A DNA stretch of 63,846 bases, the filler included, from Platydemus manokwari (lineage: Eukaryota): the NCBI GenBank assembly GCA_037951405.1. It is 6 parts of 6 records of this genome, joined end to end, with 100 filler letters (N's around TTAATTAATTAA, not from the genome) between each part and the next. Parts side by side here need not be neighbours in the genome. Positions count along the whole stretch, not along the records: positions 24,886 to 33,871 come from JBBMOY011319205.1; positions 33,972 to 43,051 come from JBBMOY011302540.1; 4 more parts are not named here. One strand, written 5' to 3'. Every line of letters begins with the position of its first letter. Within the stretch, counting starts at the first letter, position 1. The translations under genes and the position numbers were made by a program. The notes under the pieces were generated by a model. That model made no database searches. It was not told the origin of the DNA and saw only the letters and a list, made by a program, of their open reading frames with translations. Positions 27,998 through 41,361 of the stretch are shown here, piece by piece.

Positions 27998-29908
27998 ATG
28001 AGTCGATCCTCTAAGCTCTCTCATATAAGCAAACAATGGTCCAGTCACGAAGGGACAGTAGAGAATTCCCAGAACACTATAGACACTAGTCATTCACGAC
28101 GATACAGCCAATCAACTAGATCAATAATAGCTTCAACGACAGCTGTGTTGCAATTGGAGCATTCCATTAACCCAATACAATGTCGTGATGACTTAAAAAG
28201 TACTAAGAACTCGTGCTCTGGATTTGTAAAGGATGATATCAAACAAATGAATCATTATCGTCATGTTAGAGTTGTAGAACAAGAAGATACCTGCAAAGAA
28301 ATCAATTCATTATTTGGAGATTTAGACATAAATTACTATCAAAATGATCATCGATTTCATTCTGCTTACAATCAACGATTGATTGCTTGTCATTCTCGAC
28401 AAACATCCAAAGATCAAAATACAGTAATTAGTGAGTCGAATATTCAATTCTCGCCTCACCGCTTATCAACTTATCAAGAAACAAATTTGACAGTGACTGA
28501 TTTTGTGAATCAACGTTATCGATCTCGCAATACTCACGATTCATCACATTTAATTAAACAAAGCTCTTGGGAATCTCCTGGCACAAATACTCAGCTGGAG
28601 ACAATGAATAATAAAGGTTCAAGAAACTTGCAAATCGATCAAATCAAACGTCAGAAATCATGTGAAATCAGTACCTATTTTGATACTCCATCAACATATC
28701 GACCCCTTCAAGAACCTTATTCCAGATCTCAACGAGATTCTCATAACTCTTCACGGAAGCACTCTTTCCAAAATACATATGGAAATGCAGAAGTTACAAT
28801 TGGTATTGAAAATTTATCTCTTGAATCATCAAACAGTCCAGATTACGAAACTTCTAATAAAGATTTTCTTAGCGTCAATAGATATAATACTCATCGGGAA
28901 TCCCTATCAAAACAACGATCATGTGAAAGTCCTCCGGTTTTTAGTGAAGAATTTTCATATGCTCAGAAATATAAAATGGCTAACTTCAGACAAAAATCTT
29001 GTGATTCTCCGACAAATTTTGAAGATTGCTCTTGGAATAAAATTGCTCATAATCAAACCAATGAAAAACGTTCTTCGATTTATCACGAAGAGAGATTTGT
29101 AGTTAATAATGAAAGTGACGTACTTCATTCTAGATATCAACCCACTTTAGGATCATCTCACTCCAATTTACTCAATGCACATGTAGTAGTAGATGAAAAA
29201 CGTCAAAGCTTTAAGAAAGCTTCGAACAAAAAAAATCAATTGAACCGCCAGCCTTCGATGGATTTAAGAGATAATAGAACATCAGAAAATCAACATGGAT
29301 TTTATGACGATGTTCTCTCAAAGCATTCTGATTCAATAAACAATTTAGATTATTTATCTCCTACCAGATATGATGCCACCTATTCACGTACTCCAATTAC
29401 AAAGCAGCGGTCATGTGAGATTGCAATTAGCTCTAAAAATGATGATTATTACAAACCTTCAAGTAGCAATATTATTGGTAGTGATCGACCATCATCATCT
29501 AATTATAATTATAATATCTACAACTCGTTCGAAAATGTGAAACCATCTGAGAGAATAATGTATAGTAACAAAACAAGTTTCTATCCAGATCCATTAGTTA
29601 GCACCAGCAGTACTGATTTACGGCACATGCGAAAAAGCACTATGACATATTCCACAGGTGCAGATCAATTTCTTTCATCAACAGATTCTTACATCGATGT
29701 CAGCTCGAAAAATAGTAAAAGACATTCAATAAAATTATCAGCTGATGGACACAGTAAATATCTGGATGTTCCGTTGGCAAGATCAAAATTAATAAAGCAG
29801 TGTACATATGACACTTCAAGCACTAGGCGTGTTTGTAGTTCTAATTCTAACTCTCCATCTAAAGTAAAGATGTCAATGAATTCTCCAAATTCAGATAAAT
29901 TATCAAAG
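27998..29908 (+). CDS. Large coding exon (637 codons) of an unidentified gene; Ser-rich, disordered, with repeated [RK]QxS/T motifs
   Basis: 1.9-kb open frame, far beyond chance at this AT content. It ends at a strong phase-0 donor AAG|GTAATT (29908/29909) just before the ORF-track stop. Downstream exons were not found. Confidence 0.85.
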
Positions 29909-32900
29909 GTAATTTTTTTTAATTAAAATATTCTTTTATTAATTTGAAATAATAGAATTTTGTAAAATTTGATTATTATAAATTTCACCAATGACATTTG
30001 AAGAAAATCCCAAAATATATAGGTTCAGTTTGTAAATCAAGGAAACATCAGAAATTTAAGTTACATAGAAATTCATGTTGCTTTACAAGTATTTATCCAA
30101 ATTTATTAATATTAGCAATTTAAGATATGAATATTAATACAAATTTGAGATTCCAAATATTTTTATTTTATCAAGAAACTGAACAAAGTCTGAGCATTTA
30201 TGGAAATCTTTTGATAATAGATTTATTATCAATACTTTTTTTAATTATTATGAGTGTTATGTTATTTAATTATTTTGAAAATAAATTTACACACACACAT
30301 ATATATACTCACAATATTTTAAAACATTATGCTTAAATGTCGCCCTGAAGAATACTAAATTCATTTATTAAGCTATAAATTAAATTTCCTTATCGTACTT
30401 GGTCAATTAAATAGGTCAAATATAAATTATTGCTGAATAATATTTCGGAAAACGGAAAATTCTAATAAACTTTTATTGTTTATGTATAATTTAAATATTC
30501 GTCCACAAACCAAATAAAATAAAATCTATTTTACGAATAATTGAAACAAAATGTTATAATTTATAAATGAAATTACATTATCTCAATAGAGTACATTTCA
30601 AAGGAAATTAAAGATTATACTATGAAATGGTTGCATGGGCACATAGAATAACCAGAACAGGATTTAGGGTGTTATTCTTAGAGTGGATTTCTACTCAACA
30701 CAAGATGTCAGATTGCGATTAATCATTGGAAAAGAAAAGCAAAGAAAAAGGAGGCAATTATTATGGTTTTCAGGATGAAAGTTGTTTTTGGTCTAATTAA
30801 TGTTCGTGATTCATTGTTTTGAAATCAATAGTCGGTTTAATCACAGAATCTGTTTCAAACTACGGCAGCTTTTTGGCAGTGAAAGTTATTCGAAGAAGTT
30901 GTATTTACATCTTTCTGGAATGCCAATATTTCGAAGGACAACAAGAATTGGTGACTGCCAACTATACTGTAATAAGTGTTAAAGACAATATAAGTCATTG
31001 GCATCCCCCATGCCAAAAACATGAAGAGCATAACTGGTGAAAGCATTATCACTGCTTACTATAACACCAAATGCTCTATTCGCAACGAGGAAGCCTTACC
31101 GATTTAAGCTAAGCAATTCTATAATTATTCAGTCCATTAAGATCATGTGCTTGATGTTTGTGTTACCTATGCAGTTTGTGAATAGTGGATTGTGGAATTG
31201 ATTGTGTTTGTCTATGATGCTCGTCAGATTATTTCTTCCAACTGGATAGATGCATCATAAGAAGATTCTCCGCTTGAGGTTGTTTTAAATTTACAGATCC
31301 ACTCTAAAGTTATAAATTAATATCTTATTAGATAATGCAAAATAACCGCCTCATAGAAACATTAACAAATCCGGAAATACAATAATCGATGAATGAGTCT
31401 AAGACATTCTTGATGTCTCCCGACAATGAGTGACATGGAATACAAGGCTGAAGTATATGTGTCAATGACATGTTTAACATTATTGCGGATGACTCCATTA
31501 TGGACTATACAATTGAATTTGATTTTTATTAATATCAAGAGCTAAGATGTTTGAATTATATTGGTCATTATCTACTTAGGCAGATATGAATCGACAATAG
31601 ATAGATGAATAATATGAGTAGACTATCGCTTGTGTTTATAAGGAATCAGTTGCGTCTGACAAAAATAATGATTCATGCAAATACACATGCTTCAATATGC
31701 TTTAATTTTCTTTAAATTCATATAACTGCTCTTAAATTAGTCGATTGCTTTGATAACTCAAAACAGCATATTTTTCTGGTCTGAGTTAAATATGACAATT
31801 TTATATCCCATTGAAACTAAAAATTGAAATGCTAATTGATGGAATCAAATAACTTGAAAATCTCAGAACTGTATTAACTACTTTCATTGATCTGATTATC
31901 TGATGTAACACAAGATTCGATATGTCGCTAATCTTTAAAAGTTGGATAATTTATTGTATTATTCAATAGACATCTTATGCCACTGCCTCCATGTTTTTGA
32001 TTGATGTTCGTACAATAGGTATCGGAATGTAATGTAAGACATAAAAATTTCCAATCTAATCTCCTCAAACAATATAGTTTTATGAATATCTGGAGTCTAT
32101 CTTATGGATCCTCATCAAATTCGATTGCGCTACGAAGATAAAAGTCCATTCAATGGAGTTGTTAAATTCATTGGAAGTTTATCAAAAAGTCTTGGAAATT
32201 ATTCAAATGATATGGTAACGAAATAAATATTCATCATTGCGATCAAAACAGGAAATTGCACTTTTTCACATTCTTATCTATGTTTAAAAATATTTGCCAG
32301 ACTGATGTCTGGTCGCAATAGCAAGATCATAAAAATCAATAAGAACGCAGATTTTCTTATAAAAAATCTTAAATCTCAAAAAGCCATTTGCATTGAGAGA
32401 TGGATTGATGATCAACAGAAATGAAAGCATAGAAGAATGATAGTTTCATTTTACATCCACACTAACTACGGTTGAAATAGCTATCGGTCCCTGATAGCTG
32501 ATCCGCAATTATTTTTATTTGATTTTGAAATCAATGGGTTTTTAAACTGATTCCATCCAGAGGGTAGTTTTTGAAAGCCATAATTTTATTATTAAAAGAT
32601 GACAAAAGTTTATCGCTGAAATTTAGAATCACGAGATGCGATGGTTTGCATCTTCACAATTTGATTGCCAATGATTGGTTCTAGATAGTGAGTATATTCA
32701 CTCGATTTGCAAATATCCAAGATATCAAGTGAATGTATCATTGGTATAGATCCTAAGAATTTTAAGTACATTTGGTCCACATAAAATGGAGAGTCGTTTA
32801 TTATTCTTGACCATTTGATTTTGATCATTGGTCTTAGCTTTTCAGTTTTAGGAACTTTAAGATATTCCATACACCTTGAAAAGGTCAAAATCGGACATTA

Positions 32901-33871
32901 ACTGAGGAAGCCCACTTAAATGTTTGATAAGATCTAAGACAAAAGAAGATTTTTTAGAAAAGTAGAAAATGACTGAATATTCGGATAACCATCATCATTT
33001 ACATTTTAAAAAGGCTAGATTGATCTTTTTGGAAAATGGACATAGTAAATATTCTTAAATCACGATAAAAGATATGAGTTTGAAAAGAAATTCAAAGCGA
33101 TTTATCGGAATTTTCATCAAAAAAATCTTTGTATGTATCTTCCAAATATTTCCCAGTTGTTAATACATATATATTCATTTCACAGTAACACTATCTCTTA
33201 CAATACTTTTATTTCTCAATGAGAATTTTTACAACAGGTTTATGAGATACTTGTTTGATGCTCATCAAGTTATTTGAAACAATAAAAAATTCTTCAAAGT
33301 TAAGCGCTAATCAACAATGAATTTCTACATTAAATAAACTGAATGAAAACAAAATTACTCATTCAGTTCAAATTTGACATAATTTATGGAATATTATTTA
33401 TAAATGTAAAACAAACTATGTGCAAAAATTATGATTTTTTCTCCTCAACTAAAGTCTATAATTTTAAATGTGATTTTAATTAAAATTACCTGATTAATAA
33501 GCTATATTTTAAATTTTATTTTAATGAAAATAAATAAAAATCAGATATCTATCAAAAAGTTACATGAAATAAAAACCAAACTAAATAATAATCCAATATT
33601 TTAATCAAGAAAATATAATGCAGAGAAAATTACCTGAAAACTACGATTTAAATCTTGAAATGATACCTACAAAAGTATACACGCAGTCAGAAATCACACA
33701 CCATCCAATAACTAACCACAGGCCTTCACATTAACAATCATTGTTTAGACTTTGATTTGTATTATTCGCATATTCACAGAAAGTAGCTGACAACGGGATG
33801 CACCCATGGCACGAGGAATTTACCAATTGATTAATCTTTAAAGGATCTATTAGATGTAAATCAGTAGATAT

Positions 33872-33971
33872 NNNNNNNNNNNNNNNNNNNNNNNNNNNNN
33901 NNNNNNNNNNNNNNNTTAATTAATTAANNNNNNNNNNNNNNNNNNNNNNNNNNNNNNNNNNNNNNNNNNNN
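33872..33971. other. Artificial contig-join spacer
   Basis: TTAATTAATTAA at 33916-33927 between 44-N runs. Confidence 0.97.
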
Positions 33972-36900
33972 TATTTTTGGAATTAATAAATTCTATTTTT
34001 AGATTCTAATCTATTTTTGTAATTATTAAATTCTATTTATAGGATTTGATTTAATTTTGGAATTTAATTATATTATTATATTTGTGGGCGTGATATGTGC
34101 TTATATGACTCATTGTGGGTTGGATTAGGATCCTAACAATTCGTTTATTTTTGAAAGTCATTCTTATCTGTTTATTTCAATAATTATAATTTTAAATGCT
34201 TTTTATTTAATGAATTTGAAATCATTGGTAACAGATAACATACCAGGATATTGATTTTACGTTTTTGATATGTAATTTACCAATAAAATTATAATAATAA
34301 ACATTGTTTTTAATATAACGTTGTATTAGCTATGAATGACCTCAAACCACTTTAAAAATTAACGAAATTATTTTTCAATTCTTATAAATCATAAATAAAT
34401 TTCGTAAATAAATTTTCATTGGAATAAAAATAATCTATTAATCGTTTTGAAAATAAAATCTTTTCCAAATAATTTTTAAGCCATCTATTTTTTTTATTAC
34501 AAAATCTTAAAGATTTAAAATATATTGGCTGCATATTTATTCCAGATGAAAAGACAAAATAGAAATGTAAAATCCTAAAATTAATTATAATACGTGAAAA
34601 ATCTAAACATAGTTTCTGAACATATTAAACCGTAGTATTTGGACCTCAAATAAATCTGCTCGACTCAAGATCTAGTGAGAAACAAATAATTGATTTTAAA
34701 TAAATTGCTTATTATATAAATCCCCATTAGTTTTCAGTACTTACTTACAATGTACTTCCAGAATGAGATCGTAAGGAATAAAGTGCAATTCCATCATCGA
34801 TTTCAATGCCTCAATAAAATAATAGTCAAATAGTTATGTATTTTTATACGATAATTCATTACCCAATTCATATAAACAAATAAGCCCATCAACCCATAGA
34901 ATGTAATATTTTACAATAAATTATTTGGTTACTTTAACCTGAAATTATCTGACCTGAGACTAGTCACGTTCCACACACTTCCAAAAGAAACATTGACGTC
35001 ACTTGATCATTGAATTGTGACCAACTTGTTAAGGATCTATCAATTTTATTGAAAGATAACCTATCTCAAACTCCTGGAGATTAGCGTGAATATATCTGAT
35101 TCCCGCTTCCCGAAGACAAAATTCTCGCGCGCAGTAAGAAAAGTTTATTTAATTTTCAAAACGATGCTTGATTTCCTGATAATTTCAAACAGCAGGAATG
35201 GCATCTTACTGCGAATGACATGCAATTGTGCTATGCATTGATTGCATAGGAATGCCTGTCGTATTTTAATTTGATCTGATTTTCAGGCACAGCTCGAGTA
35301 ACTGTTAAAAATGGACAGGAAAATTTATTTCTAAAATGATCCCACAGACAATATTTGCCTCCTGAAACAAGTGTAAATGTGAAAATCGCCAAAATTATAT
35401 GCATCCCAACACTGGCCAATTAAAACAAACTAAATAATATTAATATAAGCCTTAATAATTTAAACAAGCAAAAAAATTGACATTTTTATTTCATCACATT
35501 TTACCATCATCGAATATTACTGATTCACAAAAGAGTTTTAGAGAATCAGGCGCTACTGTGAGATCTTTACTGATTAACTGGTAATGTTTCGCACAATTTG
35601 AAAGAGTCTGGCAACCCCGTTGGGCCACCAGGTTGCTTACCAGCTAATTATAATTACAGAATACTTTGTGGGATTTGTTTGATGTCACCGAAAATGAATC
35701 ACACTTCTTTGATGAGAATGTTTGTTTATAACAATTAAAGTTAGTCCTGAAAAGGCTATAATTGGAAAACCATAAATAAGTTCTTTTCTACAATTTGTCT
35801 TTTAAAATACACTTTATTTCGGTGATACTGTTTAATTATTCCTCAAAAATCTCTGAAAATCACAACTGATGGATTTCGTATTTTCAGGTATCCTAAAAGA
35901 TGTCTGGGTCGCAATAACCCTTTAATAAGTAATGGGTTTTTTAGATCAATCAATGTGTGTGAGGATGATGTTGATATGGAAATACAATGCTTTTCAGAGC
36001 TTATCATGGTCAAACATAAATCAATAATAATTTTTCAGATGTCGTTGGTCAGGACTTTTTAATGACCATAGTACGAGGCTGTCCTCAAAATTACTAACTT
36101 CAGAAAATGAATCGTGACATAGAATTATTCGTGCAGACACGAGAAAAAAATTATCCTCACACAACTATGCTGTAAAGCAAAATTTATGTTTTTACCGAGA
36201 GATCATGATAATGAATAGCGTGGTTGGAATCCAACCATTGGATTTGACTTTCTATTTATGGTAAATAGAAGGCACATAAAAAGAGTGAGTTGGATTATAA
36301 AATGAGATCAAATTGAAGCACAATAAGTAATAGAAATGGAAAAAATACTTTATGATATTTTTAAAGAAATTCGATTAAAATATTTTAGCAGAAATCACAT
36401 ATCGAGGCTGTGTGCATATAATCGTAATGTGGTGAAATGAAATTGTGAACATAAAAGCATTATTTTCAAAAATCCATGATTAAAATGGAAACCCAAGGCC
36501 TATAAATAGTTAATATATGAAATTAATTTAGAATATATGATTTTAAAGTGATTTCAGGTACAAGCCTCATAACCACCTTATTGACAGTATGAAATCTTTA
36601 CAAACATTCAGTCCATCGTGTACCCCCACGCAACTCATCTTATTCGTAAATATAATATTGGAAAATATTGAAGCACTTTATTATGTCTGATAATAGCATG
36701 AATGAATATGCTATTTTTATCTTTATCATTGTTATCCATTTCTACGGATTTAAAAGGAGCATCCGACCATGATTTTTGGAAAGGAAAAGAGCGAATGATG
36801 TTAACTTGAAGTAACATCTTAATGTTATATTGAAGTAACAGTCTAACCTCATGGTGCCAATGAGTTCTGTGCAACCTTAGTTGAAAATCACAACTAGTAA

Positions 36901-39118
36901 TACTTATTTGATACATTACGCCTACTAAAAATTGGGTTAAGGAATATATTGTCCTGGTTTTGAGATTTCGAGATGGTGTCCATTAAAACTGAAACCGATG
37001 GAATATTTAAATATACAGCTAAATAGTTTTGATAAGTTTTTTATCCAAATTTTGTCGGCATTTTTCACAATGGAAAATTTTCCTGTCCACTGTGCCAGGA
37101 CGGAAACAAAACGTTTCCGATAATTTTAAATAATCGAATAAAATTAAAATTCGATAAATAAGTGATTTGATTTTTTGGGGGAGATTTACAAATATTTAGA
37201 TCGAATTGCAATCAATTAACCCTCTGATTACATAATCAATATTTTCATACGTAAAAGTAATTTAATTGAGAGTTATTTCTTCAAATTACTTATGAATAAT
37301 TACTTGGTTTATTTTTCTGTCGTGGGAAACAAGAATTTATTATAGATAAACTTTATTTGAATTGAAATGTTTATATTAGATGAATAAAACAGTATTCAAA
37401 TAAAGAGAGAATATTTAATTTTAACCAAATCGAAACCAATATTTTAAAATCAATTTTCATATTTAATTTTCATAAATTAATTAAAATATATCAATAAATT
37501 CATTTCATAATATTAGTCCTTATTTCTGGTAATTATCAATTATTATTTTCCGCCCCCTATCATTGACAATAAATACAATAAATTTAAAAATGATTTAAAT
37601 AAGTGATTATTAATGAAACTCTCAAATTTCAAACCCATTACAAGAATTCGAATTAGTTCATCAACGGTTTAGCAAAAAAAAACCAACGATATCAGAGTTG
37701 AAAATTTCTGACCAAATCATTAACAGACCGAACAACATTTTTCTGTGATTTTGATCACCGGAACGAAGTAGGTTCACTTTGAAACAGTTTTTTTTCGCTC
37801 TCCAATTTTGATAATCGACTGTGCTTTTTTTTTCTCTTTTGAACACCAATTTGATTGATGCCGTCTGACATTTCATTGGGAACTTCAATCGTTCTCCAGT
37901 CGACTCCTATATGTGAGATAAAACAAGGAAAATATCTCCGGTGATATTGGAAACGAAAAGTTTTCATTTTCATAAAATCATGTTATGTAATAGATTGCAT
38001 AATAATCGCCCACTCAGTAATTGAGTGCAAAATGATTCAACGATACGTGTTTTTTTCCTCACACAATCGATATTTGTAAATTATTGTAAATGATTTTTCC
38101 GAATAATTTTTCCCAACCGATAATAAAACGATCACGATTTCATTACCAACACCAAACCGATATAAAGACACCGACATAAAGTATCATTCATATTCAAAGC
38201 TTTGATATACCGAATATATTGGGAATAAAAGGTATTCCATAACACAAAACGAAGCGATATCTACTCGATATCAACGAGTGTGGAATCAAGATAAATATGA
38301 GAAATCCCAAGGAATATGATTGAACTAATAGTATGTAAAATATCGAATTTCTGATGGTTTCTTTAAAATTTCTGTGTTTGTAACGGAGTCTGATAATTCC
38401 ATTTCAAAGTCTCGAATTAACGATTATCGGTTTCCATTTTACATTCCGCTAACAAATTACTGAAAGACTGGCAAAAAACTGTCGACATAAATACAAATAT
38501 GACGATTAATTTCATCTAACTAGTTATTTTATTTTTAAATATATATTTTAATATTATTTTACACATTCCTACAGATGGGCTTAATTCCCTATCGACTAAT
38601 AATAAATACTATCGTATTATATCTACTGATATCTGAAATTCAATAAGCCATTCGATACTTGTTTCCATTGATTTTATAACGATAATATTGAGACGGAAAA
38701 TTTTATTTTTAAAGATAGCTAAATTTATCACAGTGTAAAGCGAAATTAATGAAGTCTCTAAATTATGAAATGAAAAGTGTACGAAAAACTGATTTGTTAA
38801 GATCGACGATATCTGGCTATTTCGCGCTTGGTTATTGTTGTGGTCCACATGTGGATTAGCATTTATCATGGAAAATCATGTAGTTAATAGGAGAAATAGT
38901 AAGAAGTAAGGAGATGAAAAATGCAGCACAAATTCTAGTGTGAAAGTTTGTCTGCAATTCAATGTCGGTATTCAATCGAAAGTATTGCATGTATATAAAT
39001 ATTATTTCGAGTAATTCTATTGGTTGAATAATTATTTGAAAATAAAGTTTCAAATCTTTTTTCATAAATTATAAAAACTTACAATGTAGATTGGGGGATT
39101 CAAATTGGAATATTTCAA

Positions 39119-41305
39119 ATGTATCTCGTTGGAAATTTTGTCGTCATTGTGATGATTTGTTTGATTGCCTGCTCGATCAATTATGGAGTGGATGGAAATA
39201 CACAGCGTTTGAGACAGTGTTACCCTCAATTCGACAACCATACTCTTTGTCATGGGCCAAAGATTTTAAATTCTGTCAAAAGTTTTTCAGGTCTGTTACG
39301 AAATTCCAGAACTGGATATTCGATTTATCAATCGAATGTTTGGATTATTCTTTTACATACGAAATGTCACATCGATTTGGAGAAATTACTTTGTTCGATT
39401 TATGCTCCGATCTGTTTGAAGGGTCATCATTTTACGCGGATTTTACCGTGTCGTGAATTGTGTAATTCTGTCAGAGAAAAGTGTTTACCTCGAATGAAAA
39501 TCTATGGGTTCGAGTGGCCTTCCATTGTTAACTGTTCGAAATTACCCTCCGACAAAGAAACGAGCTGCATTCAATTGACAAATCGAACAGGTAAAAAAAA
39601 TCATTGATTAAAAATACTAATAAAGTTATTGATTGATAGTGATGTGTACTTTATCGATTTTTTTTCTGATATTCACAATTTCTTTTTCCATATCAATCAT
39701 AGAAAAGATCGTCAAGTATTAAAAGTATCTACCATCAATCAATTTGCTTTGAAAAGTTATTAATTAAATTTGACAGTTGTGTTTGTCGATCATCCCAGCT
39801 GGCATTTATAGAGTTTTGAAAATATTCCATTTAGTTGGCACAAACCGGTTAGGAGTAGAATTAATTTTTGTTATCAATTCGTTAGCACGAAAAATAAACG
39901 AAGCGTTATAATATTTCAACATTATTCGATCCTAATCTAAAGTTGTTGTTTTTTCCCCACTTTTCTCTCTCGCTCGATAAAAGCACAGCGATAGCAGCAT
40001 ATTTACAGGGAAATAAAATTCATAAGATAATTTCGATAAATAAAATAGAAATGAAATTTTATGAATGTAAAAGTAAATATCATGGATGATTTATTACTTA
40101 TCTACGATAATTACTTCTGGTCAATATTTAGGTCTCGTGCAACTTTGAAAAGACAATAAAAATCATGTCCAATACTTTACTGATAATCAAATTGTATTTT
40201 TTGGTAATTTGATTGAGAATACTTATGGCATTTGAATTAATAAGAGTTTGATTTATTATTAACATCGCCATTTGGGGGGTATTTGACCCCAATGTTTTGT
40301 AATAATCGCATACACGCCTTTGTAGATTTATCAAAGGAAATTGACATCGTCAATTAATCCTGAAAACAGTTCGCTTGGTAAGATTTGGTTTGGTGATTCA
40401 TATTTGTTCCGAACCACTCATTATCCTAAATTTGAGATGTTAACATGTTTAAGGACAATGAAGTCCTACTGTGTTGTGGACAGGTTCATCAAAATGGAAT
40501 GGGTTTTTAAAATCACTTTTAAAATATTAATCTAAAATTTTTCACAAACAGAATTATCTTATTAATGTAGGAAATTGCTAAATGATTTTAAAAAATTCAG
40601 GATAATTTCAATTTTTACTTTGATAATTTGGTTTTCAAACTTAAAAAACACTGATTTAATAAAAACGATATGATCATATAATAATAATAATAATTATTAT
40701 TATTATTATTACATTTTGAAAAAGGTTAAATATATTGTTCGGAATTGAAGTTTTCCACTTTAAAAACATTTCATGAATTTCCAGCTTATATTTAAAATTC
40801 ATTGGTTTCATTATCAATCATAGAGCAGGGGTGTTTATTCTCTACAAAATAAAAATAATAATTTCCAAATTCATATATCAACTTTTCTAATGTTTTCCTT
40901 TTTAATGTTTTCTTAAATGCAAAAGAAATTTAGATGTTTTTGATAAAATTATCAGAAATTTTGATTTTAGTACAATTTTATTTTAAGCACACCTGATCAG
41001 TCGAATTAATAAATTTTAAAATCATGAAGTTTTATCTCATTAATATTAATGTTTATATCGATTATTCCTGATTAAAATTCAACAATATTTCAGGAAAGGT
41101 CGTAAAATCATTTTAAGAAAATCGATAATAATATATTAATAATATTTAATATTAATAATTAATATTTCCTCTTACATATTTAGCTTTTAAAAGCACACTT
41201 TTTATTGATGGCATTGATATCAGTGATTTAAGCCTGATTTCATTAATTTTTTTACAATTATTATTATCGTTATTCTCTTTTATTTTAAAATTTATTTTAA
41301 AAGTG

Positions 41306-41361
<56 letters not shown>

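Noticed and set aside
37661-37973. Minus-strand ORFs upstream of sFRP, possibly a terminal exon
   Set aside because: No upstream exons or homology found, and openness depends on A-runs.
38193-40625. Several TCF/LEF-like CTTTG(A/T)(A/T) sites around sFRP, suggesting Wnt feedback
   Set aside because: Roughly one per kb is expected by chance at this AT content, so enrichment is not shown.
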